A stretch of DNA of 64,000 nucleotides from Ylistrum balloti (taxonomy: Eukaryota), in contig NW_026781994.1 in assembly GCF_031769215.1 (NCBI RefSeq), positions 186,001-250,000 on the forward strand, in the 5' to 3' direction. The translations under genes were made by a program, and so were the position numbers. Positions 24,520 through 37,140 of this stretch are shown here, one piece after another (positions within the stretch are counted from its first letter, which is position 1; each line of letters begins with the position of its first letter). Below the pieces are notes generated by a model that was not told the DNA's origin, did no database searches, and saw nothing but the letters and a program-made list of their open reading frames with translations.

Positions 24520-24900
24520 GAATTATCCCAAGTGTTCCGAAGGAGTAAGCGTCTTCTGCTTCATCGACGACACCCGCCATGTAGACCTTAATCAATCCAA
24601 GTAAGTAACGCCTCATTCACAAATAAGAAGATGGTCTACAACAATGGAATCAGCAGGCAAACCAACGAGCATCAAATGCGTCCAGCATCATGTCGCACCA
24701 AGATATAGGATATTTCTCAATGAGATCACTATGGCGACCATAAAAAATCGTCCTAATTTCCATCAACCTGTAACTTTTGAAACCCTGTGTTACGAGTTTG
24801 TCCGTCAATTGACGACTGCTTGATAATGGCCTTGAATACCGAATCAACAGTGGTATGTAAACAATACAGGTTGAGGAATCACAAAACATAGGACGCAACG
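24520..24900 (-). mobile_element. Penelope-like (Naiad-type) RT 3' fragment plus 3' motif
   Basis: LLIRYSRP...RQLTDKLVTQGFKSYRLMEIRTIFYGRHSDLIEKYPIS, then catggcgggtgtcgtcgatgaagcagaagacgcttactccttcggaacac. Confidence 0.8.
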
Positions 24901-25038
24901 CTCTTTGCTTTTCACATTATGTGCTGTCTACAGTTCTGTTTCATACAATTTTTTTTCTGGTTTTCTTTGATACATTTTTGCTCATAAAACTTTTGAAGGC
25001 TGCTATTGTTAGTTGAGAAACAGTATTTAGTAGAGTTA

Positions 25039-28000
25039 CTATGGAGATATTTTATACCAAACATTGCAGGCGATAGTGAAGTTCTTTGAACAAGATATGT
25101 TATTCCATCCAGCCGGATCACTTGATACCAGGATGACACAGTTTTGATTACCGCGGCCGTTAGGTTGACCACGCATCCACAATGGATTTTGTACTTCATC
25201 ACCAGGGCTCCAAACCCATTTATTCACCACACTCCTGTCGTTTAATGCAAGTAACAGTTGGCCAAATCCTGTAATGGTTGTGCAAATAGATAAAAATTGA
25301 AAGAGACATGTGTTGTTTAGTTCATTCCTCAAAATGTTTAAATTCTACGAAGATTTTCAACAATCTTAATAATACATAACGGTAGAATACCTGAAAGCAT
25401 TAACCCGATAGTCTGAATAGCAGGACTCGAAGGCTGAGTAGGTATGTGATATCCAAATGGTCATATAATGGTCAGTTATACATGATATTTCTCGGATCAA
25501 ATTTTTGCGATCGCGTCAATGATTACGTAATAGCGAAAATATCATCCCATGAGATATACAGATCTTTTCATGCTTACCCCTCTGTGCCATTTCCAATTTT
25601 AGGAATGCATTCACTTCATGGTCGTCAACCCTAATAGGTGCTGAATTCATCATCTTACAAAACTCCTAGACAAGTTATAGAAACATATTTATTGTTTTTG
25701 CATTAAACATTATTTATATTATACTAATATGAATTAGCATGGTACAAGCTATTTCATAAACCACGGTACATTAAGATACACATTGCTGTTTAGAAATTTT
25801 CATGATTAATTCAATCCTGTTTCCTGGTTAATATGAATATAAACGGGTCATACTTACCACATTCTCATGTGCAGTTCGTTCAATGCCCGGAAAAAGGTAA
25901 CACTTGTGCTTATAATGCACCCAATCCGCACCAGGACAAACATCTGCAAATATTATACATGTATTTATTATCACATGTTGAAACATGATTTATAAACTAT
26001 AACTAATTTGCAATTACTTTTTCCTCTAACAACGGATAACTTGTCTTTATATGCTAATAATAGAACTTTGTATAACGAGAATAATCGCTATTACTGAACA
26101 GTGTTTCTTCTTTACATCTGATAATGAAAGTCATCGTCTTTATACCGCGAATTTTCGAAACAAATGAACTACTGTACATGTAAAAAATGTAAAATGAAAT
26201 TTGAAGATATTCTCATAATGATAAATTGAAGTAAATTAAGACGAAATATTCCAAACTTAAATAACAGATGATCCCGTTTACCTACTTCCTGTTTGCCTTA
26301 CTCAGAATGAGTTAGATATAAAGAAAATATGTTATTGTTAACATTACTGAACAATCAATCACCCGTTTAGCAGTTGTCTTTAATTCTTTTATTGTTAACA
26401 GGAAGTTACAATACCACATCTATACTTGCTTCGATTTCAAAAGAGTTTACAACAACAATAACTACTATTCAGACGTACGCGGTTGCTTGGGAATCAATGA
26501 CATTTTAAAGTTTAGAACTCCAACTAATTAGCAGATTTTTTTCTAAAGATTTAAGTCACCTACAGGTATCTGATCTCTGATTACCTTGGCTAACGCAGAC
26601 ATGATGTCTATTTGCTATGTCGACACAAACTGCGGTCTCTGTACAGCTAACATGTGAACAACTGGAGTTTCCAATCTGAAAAACGTAAGCAACAGTGGAA
26701 CAATAGATCATTACATATTTTGGTTTGATTTGTCACTCTCATTCCTGCCAATCGGAAATAAATTACAATACGTTATACACAATTTTAAGATATAATGTTT
26801 GAATTATAGTATTGTATATTTAGTTTGTTTTCATATGTTGCCTGTTCTGCATCCAATCACGATTTCCAATTTTACATTAAACTGCACTCTACTACACTGA
26901 TAAAGCATTCTATTATGCACTTTCATGCACGTGTTTTGTGCCGTCATGTTATTTCTACCGATCATGTTTTGTCGAACACACGTCCAGCACGTTAAGCGGG
27001 ATGCAGATGACCGTCTGTTGCATGCTATGGAATAAGATGCATTCTAAATGGCACGGTATCGTACCTTTAACATTCTATGTTCTAGTTTTGATATCGAAAT
27101 TTAATTAAATAGTTATGGTACCTCAGAGTCCGTAAAATGGGGCAAAATATGAAGGAATGATTAATATGAATAATTCTGAAGATATTAGAGAGCAATAAGA
27201 CCAAGCTTTCAGACTTATAACCAATATTGTGAAAAAACCACAGCAAAAACCAAAAGTCACAATAGTGTTTTTACAGGAAATCTCTTTGTCCGCCTTCAAA
27301 ATGTTCTCATTTGCGAATGTTATATAACATTACATGGCGGGTGTCGTTGATGATGAAGAAGTTAACGTTTCAGGAAAGACTTATTCTTCTCAGACGTTTC
27401 CAAACTTCTCCGTGTATGAACGTGTTTGAAAGCATTAGTTTTAACTGTGATGGCAAGGTAAATGTACAATATTAAAACTTATTTCATTATAATAATTTAA
27501 TTTATCATATGAAGACCACACACTCTTTACGGTCAGCTATTCCAACTTTAGTTAAAGTCGTTGGAGTTATGTCCCTTGTATCTGTAGATTTAACTCTCTT
27601 GATGTTCATTACTTCATAGCCCTGCATTCGCCATTTTGCAAGGTCAAGCTTAGGCAGCAAAGAGATCAGTGGGCGTTTTAGTGAAAAAAATATCCCTCCC
27701 ACCCCTCCCGTTTTCATTTCAAATTCTGCTGTGCTTTTTTGTTTGTGTCTTTGCAGTGACCTGGACATCAGGAACCTATCTGTCAAGACTTGCAGTGACC
27801 TGGACATCAGGAACCTATCAGGAACCTATCTGTCAAGACTTCAACTACACTCCTTGCAGTGGCTCAGTTTTTTGCACTCTGACAACAGATTGCTTATTAT
27901 TTCCTGAATTTAATATTAATGCCTCACTTACTAGTTAACATCAGCTATTTTTGGAGGAATTTTCTGTACCCAGTTTCCTCCATTCTTATGCCGATTCAGT

Positions 28001-31000
28001 TGAAGTCATTGGCCTATATTCGCCATCTATATAAAATATTACATCCCTTGAAATAAATATGAACATAATCTGTATCAACTGTCTTGGTTATTTATTTAGT
28101 CTTCTTTTTGATAAGTGTTTATATTGTATAAGAAAATAAATTCTTTACCGCTCAAACAATAACGGAAGCATAAATCTTCCCTAAAGTCATCATCATCCTG
28201 CACCCTGTAGTGAAATTTCCATTTATGGATATCAACATCCCTGCACCCCCAACCTATGGTGTTTACATTTCGCACTTGATTCGATATCCTGTTCCCATTA
28301 TCACGATTTTCATACAAGAAGTCGTCAATTTGTGGTAAATCATGACACTGGGATTCAAAAGATGCAGGCTGATGAAAGTTATGGGAAGTTTTACGGTCGT
28401 CATCATAGTGATCTCATTGAGAAATATGCTTTCAAATTGTCCAATGTAGAGCTGGACGTGTTTGATGCTAGTTAGCTCGCCTGTTTGTTCCGTTGTTGTA
28501 TACCTAGTTCTCATTTCAGAACACGACATTAAATACTTGGATTGACCAAGGTTTACATGGCCGGTGTCGTAGATAAAGGGGTAAACGCTTACTCCTCTCG
28601 AACACCTGGTCTTATTCTCCTGTTTCTTTTCCAGGAGTCTGCTAGGACACTTTTGTATTTTATTTTTTTATTTCGTTTCTTCTTTAGTCACTTTTTTTCC
28701 CCGGAATCTAATGTGTTTTACTATGAAACTAGTGAATATCAAATTATTTACCAAAATCTTTTCCGACCAACTAGGTTTTTTCAGTACGCCTGCTGTATTA
28801 TAAATTCACCATACCCCTTGGCCAATATCATGATAGTTGAAATATATCATGTCTTAGACACAGCTGCATTTTAAATACACTCATATGTAAATACTTATTA
28901 CCATTTAGTTTGTAATGATTAAATGAGTTTTCATATGATAATATTTTTTATGATAATGACCATAGCGATGTTATCATAGAAATTCATAGGCTACTTTTCC
29001 CTTAAGTGATAACTTACTTCCGGAATACTTATAGGTTAGTTGCTTATGTACCGAGGAGATAACAGTCAATGATTTATGGTCTGGTATGGTTTTAAACAAG
29101 GACTAGGATATGGCTAGGATTCGAAGCTTAGCTATGACCCTTTTTCACCGACACCTTGGCCAATAGCAAGATACTTTAAAAATTGTCATTCCTAATACAA
29201 AGCTGTATTTTGAATACACTTGAATGTAAATACTTATTAAAGGTTACCCGATAATGATGACAATAATTTAAAAAATTCATATAAGTAACATGTGTTTAAG
29301 GGGTTCTGATATTATTATCGGCGAACACGTTAGTGCTTTTACATCATGTCGTTATCTTCCATTAATTCCATTAGTAGGATCCCTTTTCATCCGTGAATTT
29401 ACAAAAACAATCATGTTACGTAAAAATTACACCATATTAACAATTTGAAATCGAGCTTTCTTTTTTCACTGTTTATAGCTTTGATGTATGTATTATCAAT
29501 AAACGTTAATGGCATTTTCGCATGTGAAATATACCAAAGGGAAAATTGTACATAATAAATATACGTCTGACCTCACATTTGCTATTAAGCTAGTTTATGT
29601 AGCATGCATTTTAAATATCTATACTATCATGGGAGCATTCAGTTACAAATTTACAATGGGTGTGTTTAATGTGAATAAGATTACTGAGTTGATCTCCAGA
29701 TGAAGAGCCAGGGTCAACTTTGAACGGTTGGTCTCTGAACAGCTGATGAGTACAACATTGAATAATGTGAAAATATCATTTCCATTCAATAAAAAATCCA
29801 GAAAATAGTAAATAGGTATTGGGCAGCAGGTTAAATCCTATATAAATCCCCTTCCTGGAGCGTGGATAGCTGGATCTTAATTATCATAAGACATAATCCT
29901 ACATCACACAGTCCGTACGTTGATCATCTTTTTATAGCACAACAGAAAAATATAGATAACAATGGCCAGAAGGAACTACAGATACGTATTTCAATGTAAA
30001 ATAAGATGGCCACAAGGAATCAACCTGTCAACAAGATGACTTTCAACTGAAACATTGTTAATAAGAAACACATTTCTGCTGGAGATAAATTAGAAAAGGA
30101 AAGTAATGTAGGTTATCATGTCAAAGGTCTAGTGATAATTTCTGGTCTTGAAAGATGAAATACAATATAATATAGACTTTATAAGAGGTTCGTGTTCAGT
30201 GATGGTAGATGTCCCAGGTCCCCATAACGTCCTGAATGGTTAACAAACTCCTGTTTGTTTGTTCCCATCATACTACGTCTTCGCACTACTGTCCTCCAAT
30301 GTATTTGGGGTCTGATGATGGACAGCAAAGTTATACATACATTGTACAAAAACAAACACCTATTTCCTTAAAATTCATTCTTCCAATTTGTCATCACATA
30401 CTCACTTACATACACATGCACTCGAATCAAAAGACCTGCTCATCCCTGATTACAATTTTAATCATCTTCTTAAAACATCCAAAACAATCCATACAATAAC
30501 AGAAATGTACTGACCGTAAAAATATACTCCGAATTATTGTCATTAACTTTAAGTCAACCATCGTTCTTCGTTTTATCATCAAAGTTCCACTCAAATGCTT
30601 CTAAACATATACTAAGCAACCTATTAAGAGGAAGAAAATGTTTGGTATTATCAAATTTCCTAATTGAAAACATGTCAATATTAAACATTTACCCCATGTT
30701 CACATAAAAATATCTTTTTAGCAAATTGTTTTTTCTACGTCAACACAAATGAATACAGGCATACATGTTTTAAGGTGCCTTAATTGATTTTGCTTAAACA
30801 GTGTTTACTGCAATATCACAAATCGGTTGTAAAAGTAAATCCAACCCCGATATGTGTAAAGGAACGCAACCTTAGCACACAAAAATAGATTAGCATTTGT
30901 TTTACTGCGTGCTTATAATCAATATTAACATTTGAAATATCATGTTTAAAAGTTCAGGATTGAAACCAGTGAGAAGAATTCTACAGTCCGTATTTGTATA

Positions 31001-31743
31001 CTGAATTTTAAAATTTTACTCTTTCCAGTTCAATTCCATACATTTTTGTCATAATAGTTGTCAAATATTTAATATTTTGTTGAACATATGTGCAGCGTTC
31101 AGAAAGATCTTCATTGCCTAGCTGAAAATTGAGTCTTTTGAGATTTTGAGATTGCAAATTGTAAAATTCATTGAAGGTTGAGTTAAATATAGGTCCTTAG
31201 TATAAATGACGAGACAGCTGTTTACAATGAAGCAGATTTATTTATTATTTGGTTCTAATGTATCTAATTCGTTAGTTTCGTTAGTTTCATCACAAAAGAC
31301 AAAGCGATGCACTTCATATCAAATAAAAAAAGCTGTGTTACAGTTAAGTAGGTAAGGAGATTCCCATCGGGTGTGAAACGAAAGAAAGAAGAAAAAACCG
31401 AAAAAAGAGAAAAAAGACAAACATCATTTTCTTAACTCACCTGAACTGATTGGACATCGACAAGTGACGTCATTTTGCCCTTTTGCGCGCACGTCATCAT
31501 GAGGTCACAAGTCAATTGCTCCCGATCATGGTAAATTTTCTTACACAATTTGTACTTCTTACATAACGCGAGACACTGCAAAGGTCCAATAATGTCTAAA
31601 TGCAAGAAGGACTTGTAGTACCTGTTCGACTCATTGTCAACATGTAATACACTGGAACACTGCCCGTGTCCTGACACAAATAACAATGCTTTACATATGA
31701 CTGTTACTGACAGTATTAGATGCTGATTTGGAACACAGAACAT
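25039..31743 (-). CDS. Secreted PAN/apple-like + EGF-like + C-type lectin domain protein, about 266 aa, 5 coding exons
   Basis: Exons 31743-31441, 26675-26585, 25943-25858, 25665-25578 and 25268-25039; all GT-AG, phases 0,1,0,1, open frame. Signal peptide; PAN-like LQCLALCKKYKLCKKIYHDREQLTCDL; EGF-like CSHVSCTETAVCVDIANRHHVC; CTLD CPGADWVHYKHKCYLF...FC...WVW...LWMRGQPNGRGNQNCVIL...WNNISCSKNFTIAC. Confidence 0.9.
27950..28620 (+). mobile_element. Penelope-like (Naiad-type) RT 3' fragment plus 3' motif, inside lectin intron 1
   Basis: VKFPFMDINIPAP.YGVYISHLIRY...TLGFKRCRLMK...FYGRH.SDLIEKY, then ttgaccaaggtttacatggccggtgtcgtagat...cgcttactcctctcgaacacctgg. Confidence 0.78.
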
Positions 31744-33499
31744 CTTCAGCTTACAAGAGAGTTAAGTTCACTCAGATATAGTAGTCATCCAGAGCAGACA
31801 TCGTGACTTCTGTTGATAAGTTTTCAGTTCTTATGTTGATGATTCATTGCTATGTGGTAACGGGATTACGTAGAATAATGGTATAAATATTTATATGCTT
31901 TTAAGATCAACCATATACACCGGCATAGGCAAAAAGTCTCAAAGTCTGAATATTTACAAGCTGAAGACCCAATGGTAAATTATCAGACTTTTGCTCCGGA
32001 TTCATGCGACGTTAATCGGATTCCTCCATATTCATAATTACAAAATAATTGCATATCCTATTCACAATTGATCCAAAATGTCCTGAATTTTGTCATCTTA
32101 CATACATTTACCCATAATAAAAGCTATCGGTGTATTTTGGTTAAGATACTAATTAAAATATTACTGTAATTACAGTTACATGTACATGATATGTAAACAA
32201 ACAAGGCATCTACATTTACAACTGTAATTTCAGCACATGTTGAAAAGAATATATATTGTGTAGAAGTGACATGAGTCTAAGATACAGAATTATCGAGTTT
32301 TAACACATTTTTGCAATTGGTACCCGGTAATGTTTAATTCAGCAAATCGTGTGTATATATGTTAATGAATGATGCAGATCCTCAAACATTACATTTTTGC
32401 AATATTGCATGTATATCTCTTTTCCTAACTTTTGTTCATTTGAAAACCATTCTACACCGTTGGAAATATCTGTTTGAAAGAATTTCTATTCATAGTGATA
32501 TGTAGCACGAATTAAAACAATCATTTTGGTGCGTCTTGAAGGTTTCAAACTACAAAACATCATTTCATGTAAACTATTTAGTTCCCCAGGTTTGCCGTAA
32601 CCTACATGCCATGTTCTACTTTATTCGAATAGTGGCACAGCTCATGATATACACAGGAACTTGAAGTTGCTCTAAAATTATCTGATATAGGAATACTACA
32701 GAATGTATCTTATTACAGGGCTGCTGCATCTCCCTGTCTAGATTTGGACATTTCTTTTTCGGTCACATTATATTTCCTTAGTCGCCTCCAAGGCTTCCAA
32801 ATTTATACCTATAGCATCACTTAAAATCGTTCTAAAAGTACACATCAGCTGTATGGTACAGTTTGATTAATTGTTTGGCTCAACTATATCTAACTATAAA
32901 ATATTTATATAATCTGATTGTGATCCCTTCTGTTTTACTTTATCTGGTTGTGAATGATTAAGAAATGAACAAATATCGCCTGCGCTTTTCAAAACCCCTT
33001 TAGCTATCGAAAGCGTCAGAGGTTTGTCATACTGTGTGTTCTTCAACTTTTGTGGTATACTGGGTGATAACTTACACACCAAACAACATTTTGCAATTTC
33101 GTACATTTCCTGTCCGTATCAAAAAGTCACTCATAACACGAACACAACCATGAAATAAAAGTGATAAGGTTTTAAGGCTATTTAAGACATTAGATCCATA
33201 AATGGAAACTCAAGAGTAAGTCAAAGTAATTGACACCAATATGTCTCAGATTCACTTCTTTTTATCGTCTACAACAAGTGACATTTACGAATACATGATG
33301 ATGTTTTCTTTATTCCTTCTGCGTATAGTATCGCTTACAAGTATTATCTCACGAACAACCAAAGTGACGAAAACAACACGGCAATATCGACGGAGATTTT
33401 TTAAATGGCACGAGGGATCTAGGTCAATTCAAGAAGTAAGTAAAAAAAACTATGGTTATTGATAGTGAAACTACCTGACATAAAGGGAATCGAATGCAT

Positions 33500-36400
33500 C
33501 TGTTACGACCTAAAAACGCCTGGCTTTAGAGGCAGGCTTATCCCTATCTAGAAATGAAAAGATAGAGAAATCGAAAAGATCATTTGTGAAGGAGAAAGCT
33601 GTCGCTGCTGATTTCGCTGAAGGAAACACGGTTTGTTATTATGGGTAAGAAAGCACTATCAACTAAGATTTTTGTTATGAAAATGGGAACGTTTTCATAA
33701 TACTATGATTAGCTTTTGAAACCTTCTTGAGTGAAGGTTAATCAATTTTGTATAAACAGTGGGGCTCATTAGGCTGGACTTTATATCAGTGCATAAATGC
33801 AGAATGTTAATGCTCGACTTCTTGTAAATACCGAAGCAACTGTGATCATTCTCCCACGACAGATGCAAGAAAAAATTCCACATGAGTCACGAACGGTATT
33901 GAGAGAGATAAAAGGGGACCTTCCAGCGGCGTATGGCTCTCAGTTGGATGTGTCTGATGAAGGTGTCTTCTGTATTAGACCCATATAATACAACGCTTCC
34001 ACCTTTGAGACCGTAGAGTATCTGCCCACTACAAGAGGAAGTGGACCGAAAGGAGTTATTGATATGTCAACAAGCCTATGGTTATTAGACAAAGTCCTCG
34101 TCAAGAAGAAAGAGAGAGCACTGTGATATTGAGAGGACTATGAAGAAAGCTGAACGACGTAAGTATTCACGATGCATACCACTTACCACGGATACATCTG
34201 GATATCACTGGTTCTCTTCCCTCAATCTTAACGTCGGATGCTTGTAGGTAGAACTAAATGAAGATCGACCTAAGACGGGTTTTGGCGCTCGCATGGGTCT
34301 GTGCGATTTCACAGTTATGCCGTTTGGATTAATGTTAGCACCACCGACTTCGAACGGCTGATCTAAATTGAATAAGCCGGTTTCTAGTGGCAAATATGCA
34401 AAATCTATTAAGATTAAGAAGACATACTTGAACTAAGGAATAACTTGATTGTTGATATGCAGAAGACAGGTATTCGGCCGCCTGTCTGTCGCTGATATTT
34501 AACTTAAAGCTCACAAGTGTCATCTGCTTGGATAGAGAGTTCGCTACCTCGGACATGTAGTGTCTAAGGTGGGCATATCAAAAGATCCCGAGGAAGTACA
34601 AATAATGGATTGATGGCCGATACCGCCTACTGTCAAGGATGTACGGGTTTTCTAGGATATTGCAGCTGTTGTTGCTGCTTTGTGAAAGATTTCCCAGAAA
34701 TAACCAAGTACTTACACATGTAAAAGGAAAATGGAAAGACGTATGTGTGGGCACTAGAGAATTGTAAGAAGCCTTTCAGACACTCAAATACCAGTAACGA
34801 CGCAATAGGAGAGGCCCGTTGCAAAAATGGAACAAAATCTTACTTAGTCAGAGAGGCAATACTGTGTCACACGGAAAGTGTTTCTTGCTGTTGTGCATTT
34901 CTTCAAATACTTTTAACATTATCTTTACGGTAAGAATTTCGTGGTAGGAACCGACCACAATTCTTTGTTGGTTACTGAATTTCAAAGAGACTGAGGGTCA
35001 AATGGCTTGTTGTCTGCAGGCACTTAGCATCAACATCATGGTCATTAGACACCGACCTTGCAGCAAGCCCAATAATGCTGACAGTCTCAGCGAAATACAA
35101 TGTAAACAATGTTGATATGAACCACAGCATCAAGTGGTCGTTCAAGCATCAGGAAGAAGAACTGTACTTTGCTTCTGTTATGACAGTTAAGCCACAGGAT
35201 CAAGTGGTCAATCAAGTATCAGGAAGAACTGCACTTTGCTTCCTGCATGCCAGTTAAGTCTCAGTATCAAGTGGTCGTTCTAGTATCAGGAAGAACTGCA
35301 CTTTGCTTCTGTTATGACAGTTAAGTCACAGTATCAAGTCATCGTTCCAGTATCAGGAAGAAGAACTGCTCTTTGTTCTTGGCATGACAGTTAATGATGA
35401 TAGGGCAGAACTACAATCGGCCAGGAATACTCCAAAATGTGACAAGCTATGGCTTATGTTGCCCGCAGTGTGATAGGCGGACGAGTCCCTAGCAAATCAA
35501 TGACATTCATGCAATGTGCTGAGGCTGGTTTTTTTTTGTCATGGAAAGGATAGCCATAAAAACTCATTTTGAGCTTCCTCCACAAGCAATGACACCAAGC
35601 ATATTCTCATGATAGCAGGTTCCCACACGAAATTGAGGAGGTGACCTGTATATTTGATGTATCTTATGCTCTACATTCTGCTCCAAGCTCACACTCCGGA
35701 ACTGCGTTGTTCCAAGTGATGTGTGCATTTCTCTAGATCAACAAAGCATGCACTACGCATATCATCTACAGTCGAAGCTTTTCAACAAAACGGTTGTCAC
35801 GAAGTCCCTTCATGAATAATTATCATTACTAATTGTGAGGGATATTGTGATTCACGCTCCACTGAGCAAGGAACCATTCAACATCACAACTGAAAAATGT
35901 TTGGTAGAGAGACCGGTACTTGACATTCAGTTTGAGATGTCATGGTAAATGCAAACCATTCATCAGAATGAGTGGGTCTGGCAGCTGAAGGAGTGGATGA
36001 AAAAGACACATTAACATGTGCTCAAAAACATAAACGTACGACCTGACAGGACGCCAAACCTGAGATAAAGATGGGAAAGTTCCTACGAGATAACTGGAAA
36101 AGTGATGTCGCTTACAAAGTCAGATGTGGGTACAAGAGAAGAGTACAAGCGATGCATGCCGACGGAATGAGAAAGAGAAATCCACAAGAGATCCAGGAAA
36201 AATGATCAAGGGAGAAGAGCAGGATCTAAACGACAGGTGAGGCCGCCTAAAAAGGGAAAATAGTCAATACTTATTTTCTTCTATATTTTAAATAGCGAAA
36301 GGAGATTTATACATTTCTGTATGAGTTGTTTGTGTAATGCAAGAGGACACTTAAGTGTTTGACCGTAAATGGGGGTTTTTGCGGTCACTTGCATGCTTGA

Positions 36401-36950
36401 AAAGAGCTGACTCTGAGCAACAATAAGGTTAAACACAGCGAAAGCTGTGGTCTCGAAAACGGAAACATAATTAACAGAAAGGGGAGAAACCTGTGATTAT
36501 ACACCACCTAACAGAGATAATCAGAAAGGGCACTGAGAGGGCGCCGATAGCTAAAACGAGTTTGTACAATTCTGCAAAATCAAATAGAAAGAGATGCTCA
36601 GCAGACAGTACATGCGGTAGCCAACGCACCAATGCAAGTAGTGTCGGCCTATCTATAGTAATATATATATTAATCGGCAGCTCATGAGCTGTCAATGTGA
36701 ACGATCAAGGCATGCGATACGATTAGAGACCTGTCAGTTGGTACATGTACTGCATGCAGTCGAATGAATGCACTGAGCGATCAGTGGTCCATGAGTGCCA
36801 GTCTACATGTATGTAAAGCGGCTTGACAATAGACTTCGGGTGTAATGTTGTTTTAGTTCCGTGCTAATGATCTTCTAAGAATCTTTTTATCGGTGATACC
36901 ACTGTCTGCTTAACGAGTTCCGTAGGCGTAGGATACTTTCATTATTCATG
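33500..36950 (+). mobile_element. Decayed Ty3/gypsy LTR retrotransposon (RT, RNase H, integrase remnants, candidate PPT and 3' LTR)
   Basis: Frameshifted VLVKKK, DAYHLPRI, PKTGF...FTVMPFGL, KCHLLG*RVRYLGHVVS, WPIPPTVKDVRVFLG, LNFKETEGQMA...IRHRP...NADSLS and KHILMIA. Purine tract agaaaggggagaaac precedes TGTG at 36492. No 5' LTR recognised. Confidence 0.85.
35128..35398. repeat. About 67-bp tandem repeat x4 between RNase H and integrase remnants
   Basis: caagtggtcgttc.agtatcaggaagaactgcactttgcttc....atgacagttaag repeated four times with variation. Confidence 0.85.
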
Positions 36951-36984
36951 TTGTTCGAAAGCATGACCGAAATATATTGTTAAA

Positions 36985-37140
36985 AGGTTTGGTTTGATAT
37001 ATTGTTGTTTTACGTCCTGTTACCAGCCAGGGTTTTTTAAGGACATATCGGGTTAGATTGATGGAGGAAATTCGGAGTTCTAGAGTTCTAGAAGACAAAA
37101 TCTCTACACACAGGTGATAAAGACCTCTAGATCGCCATGG
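36985..37140 (-). mobile_element. Degenerate SINE 3' half (same general family as 22974-23223)
   Basis: ggtttggtttg...ttttacgtcctgttaccagccaggg...ggaggaaattcggagttc resembles the reverse complement of the SINE core and tail. Confidence 0.45.

Noticed and set aside
24520-24592. Hammerhead ribozyme in the PLE 3' motif
   Set aside because: cgatga resembles the CUGAUGA core, but the GAAA strand after stem II is absent.
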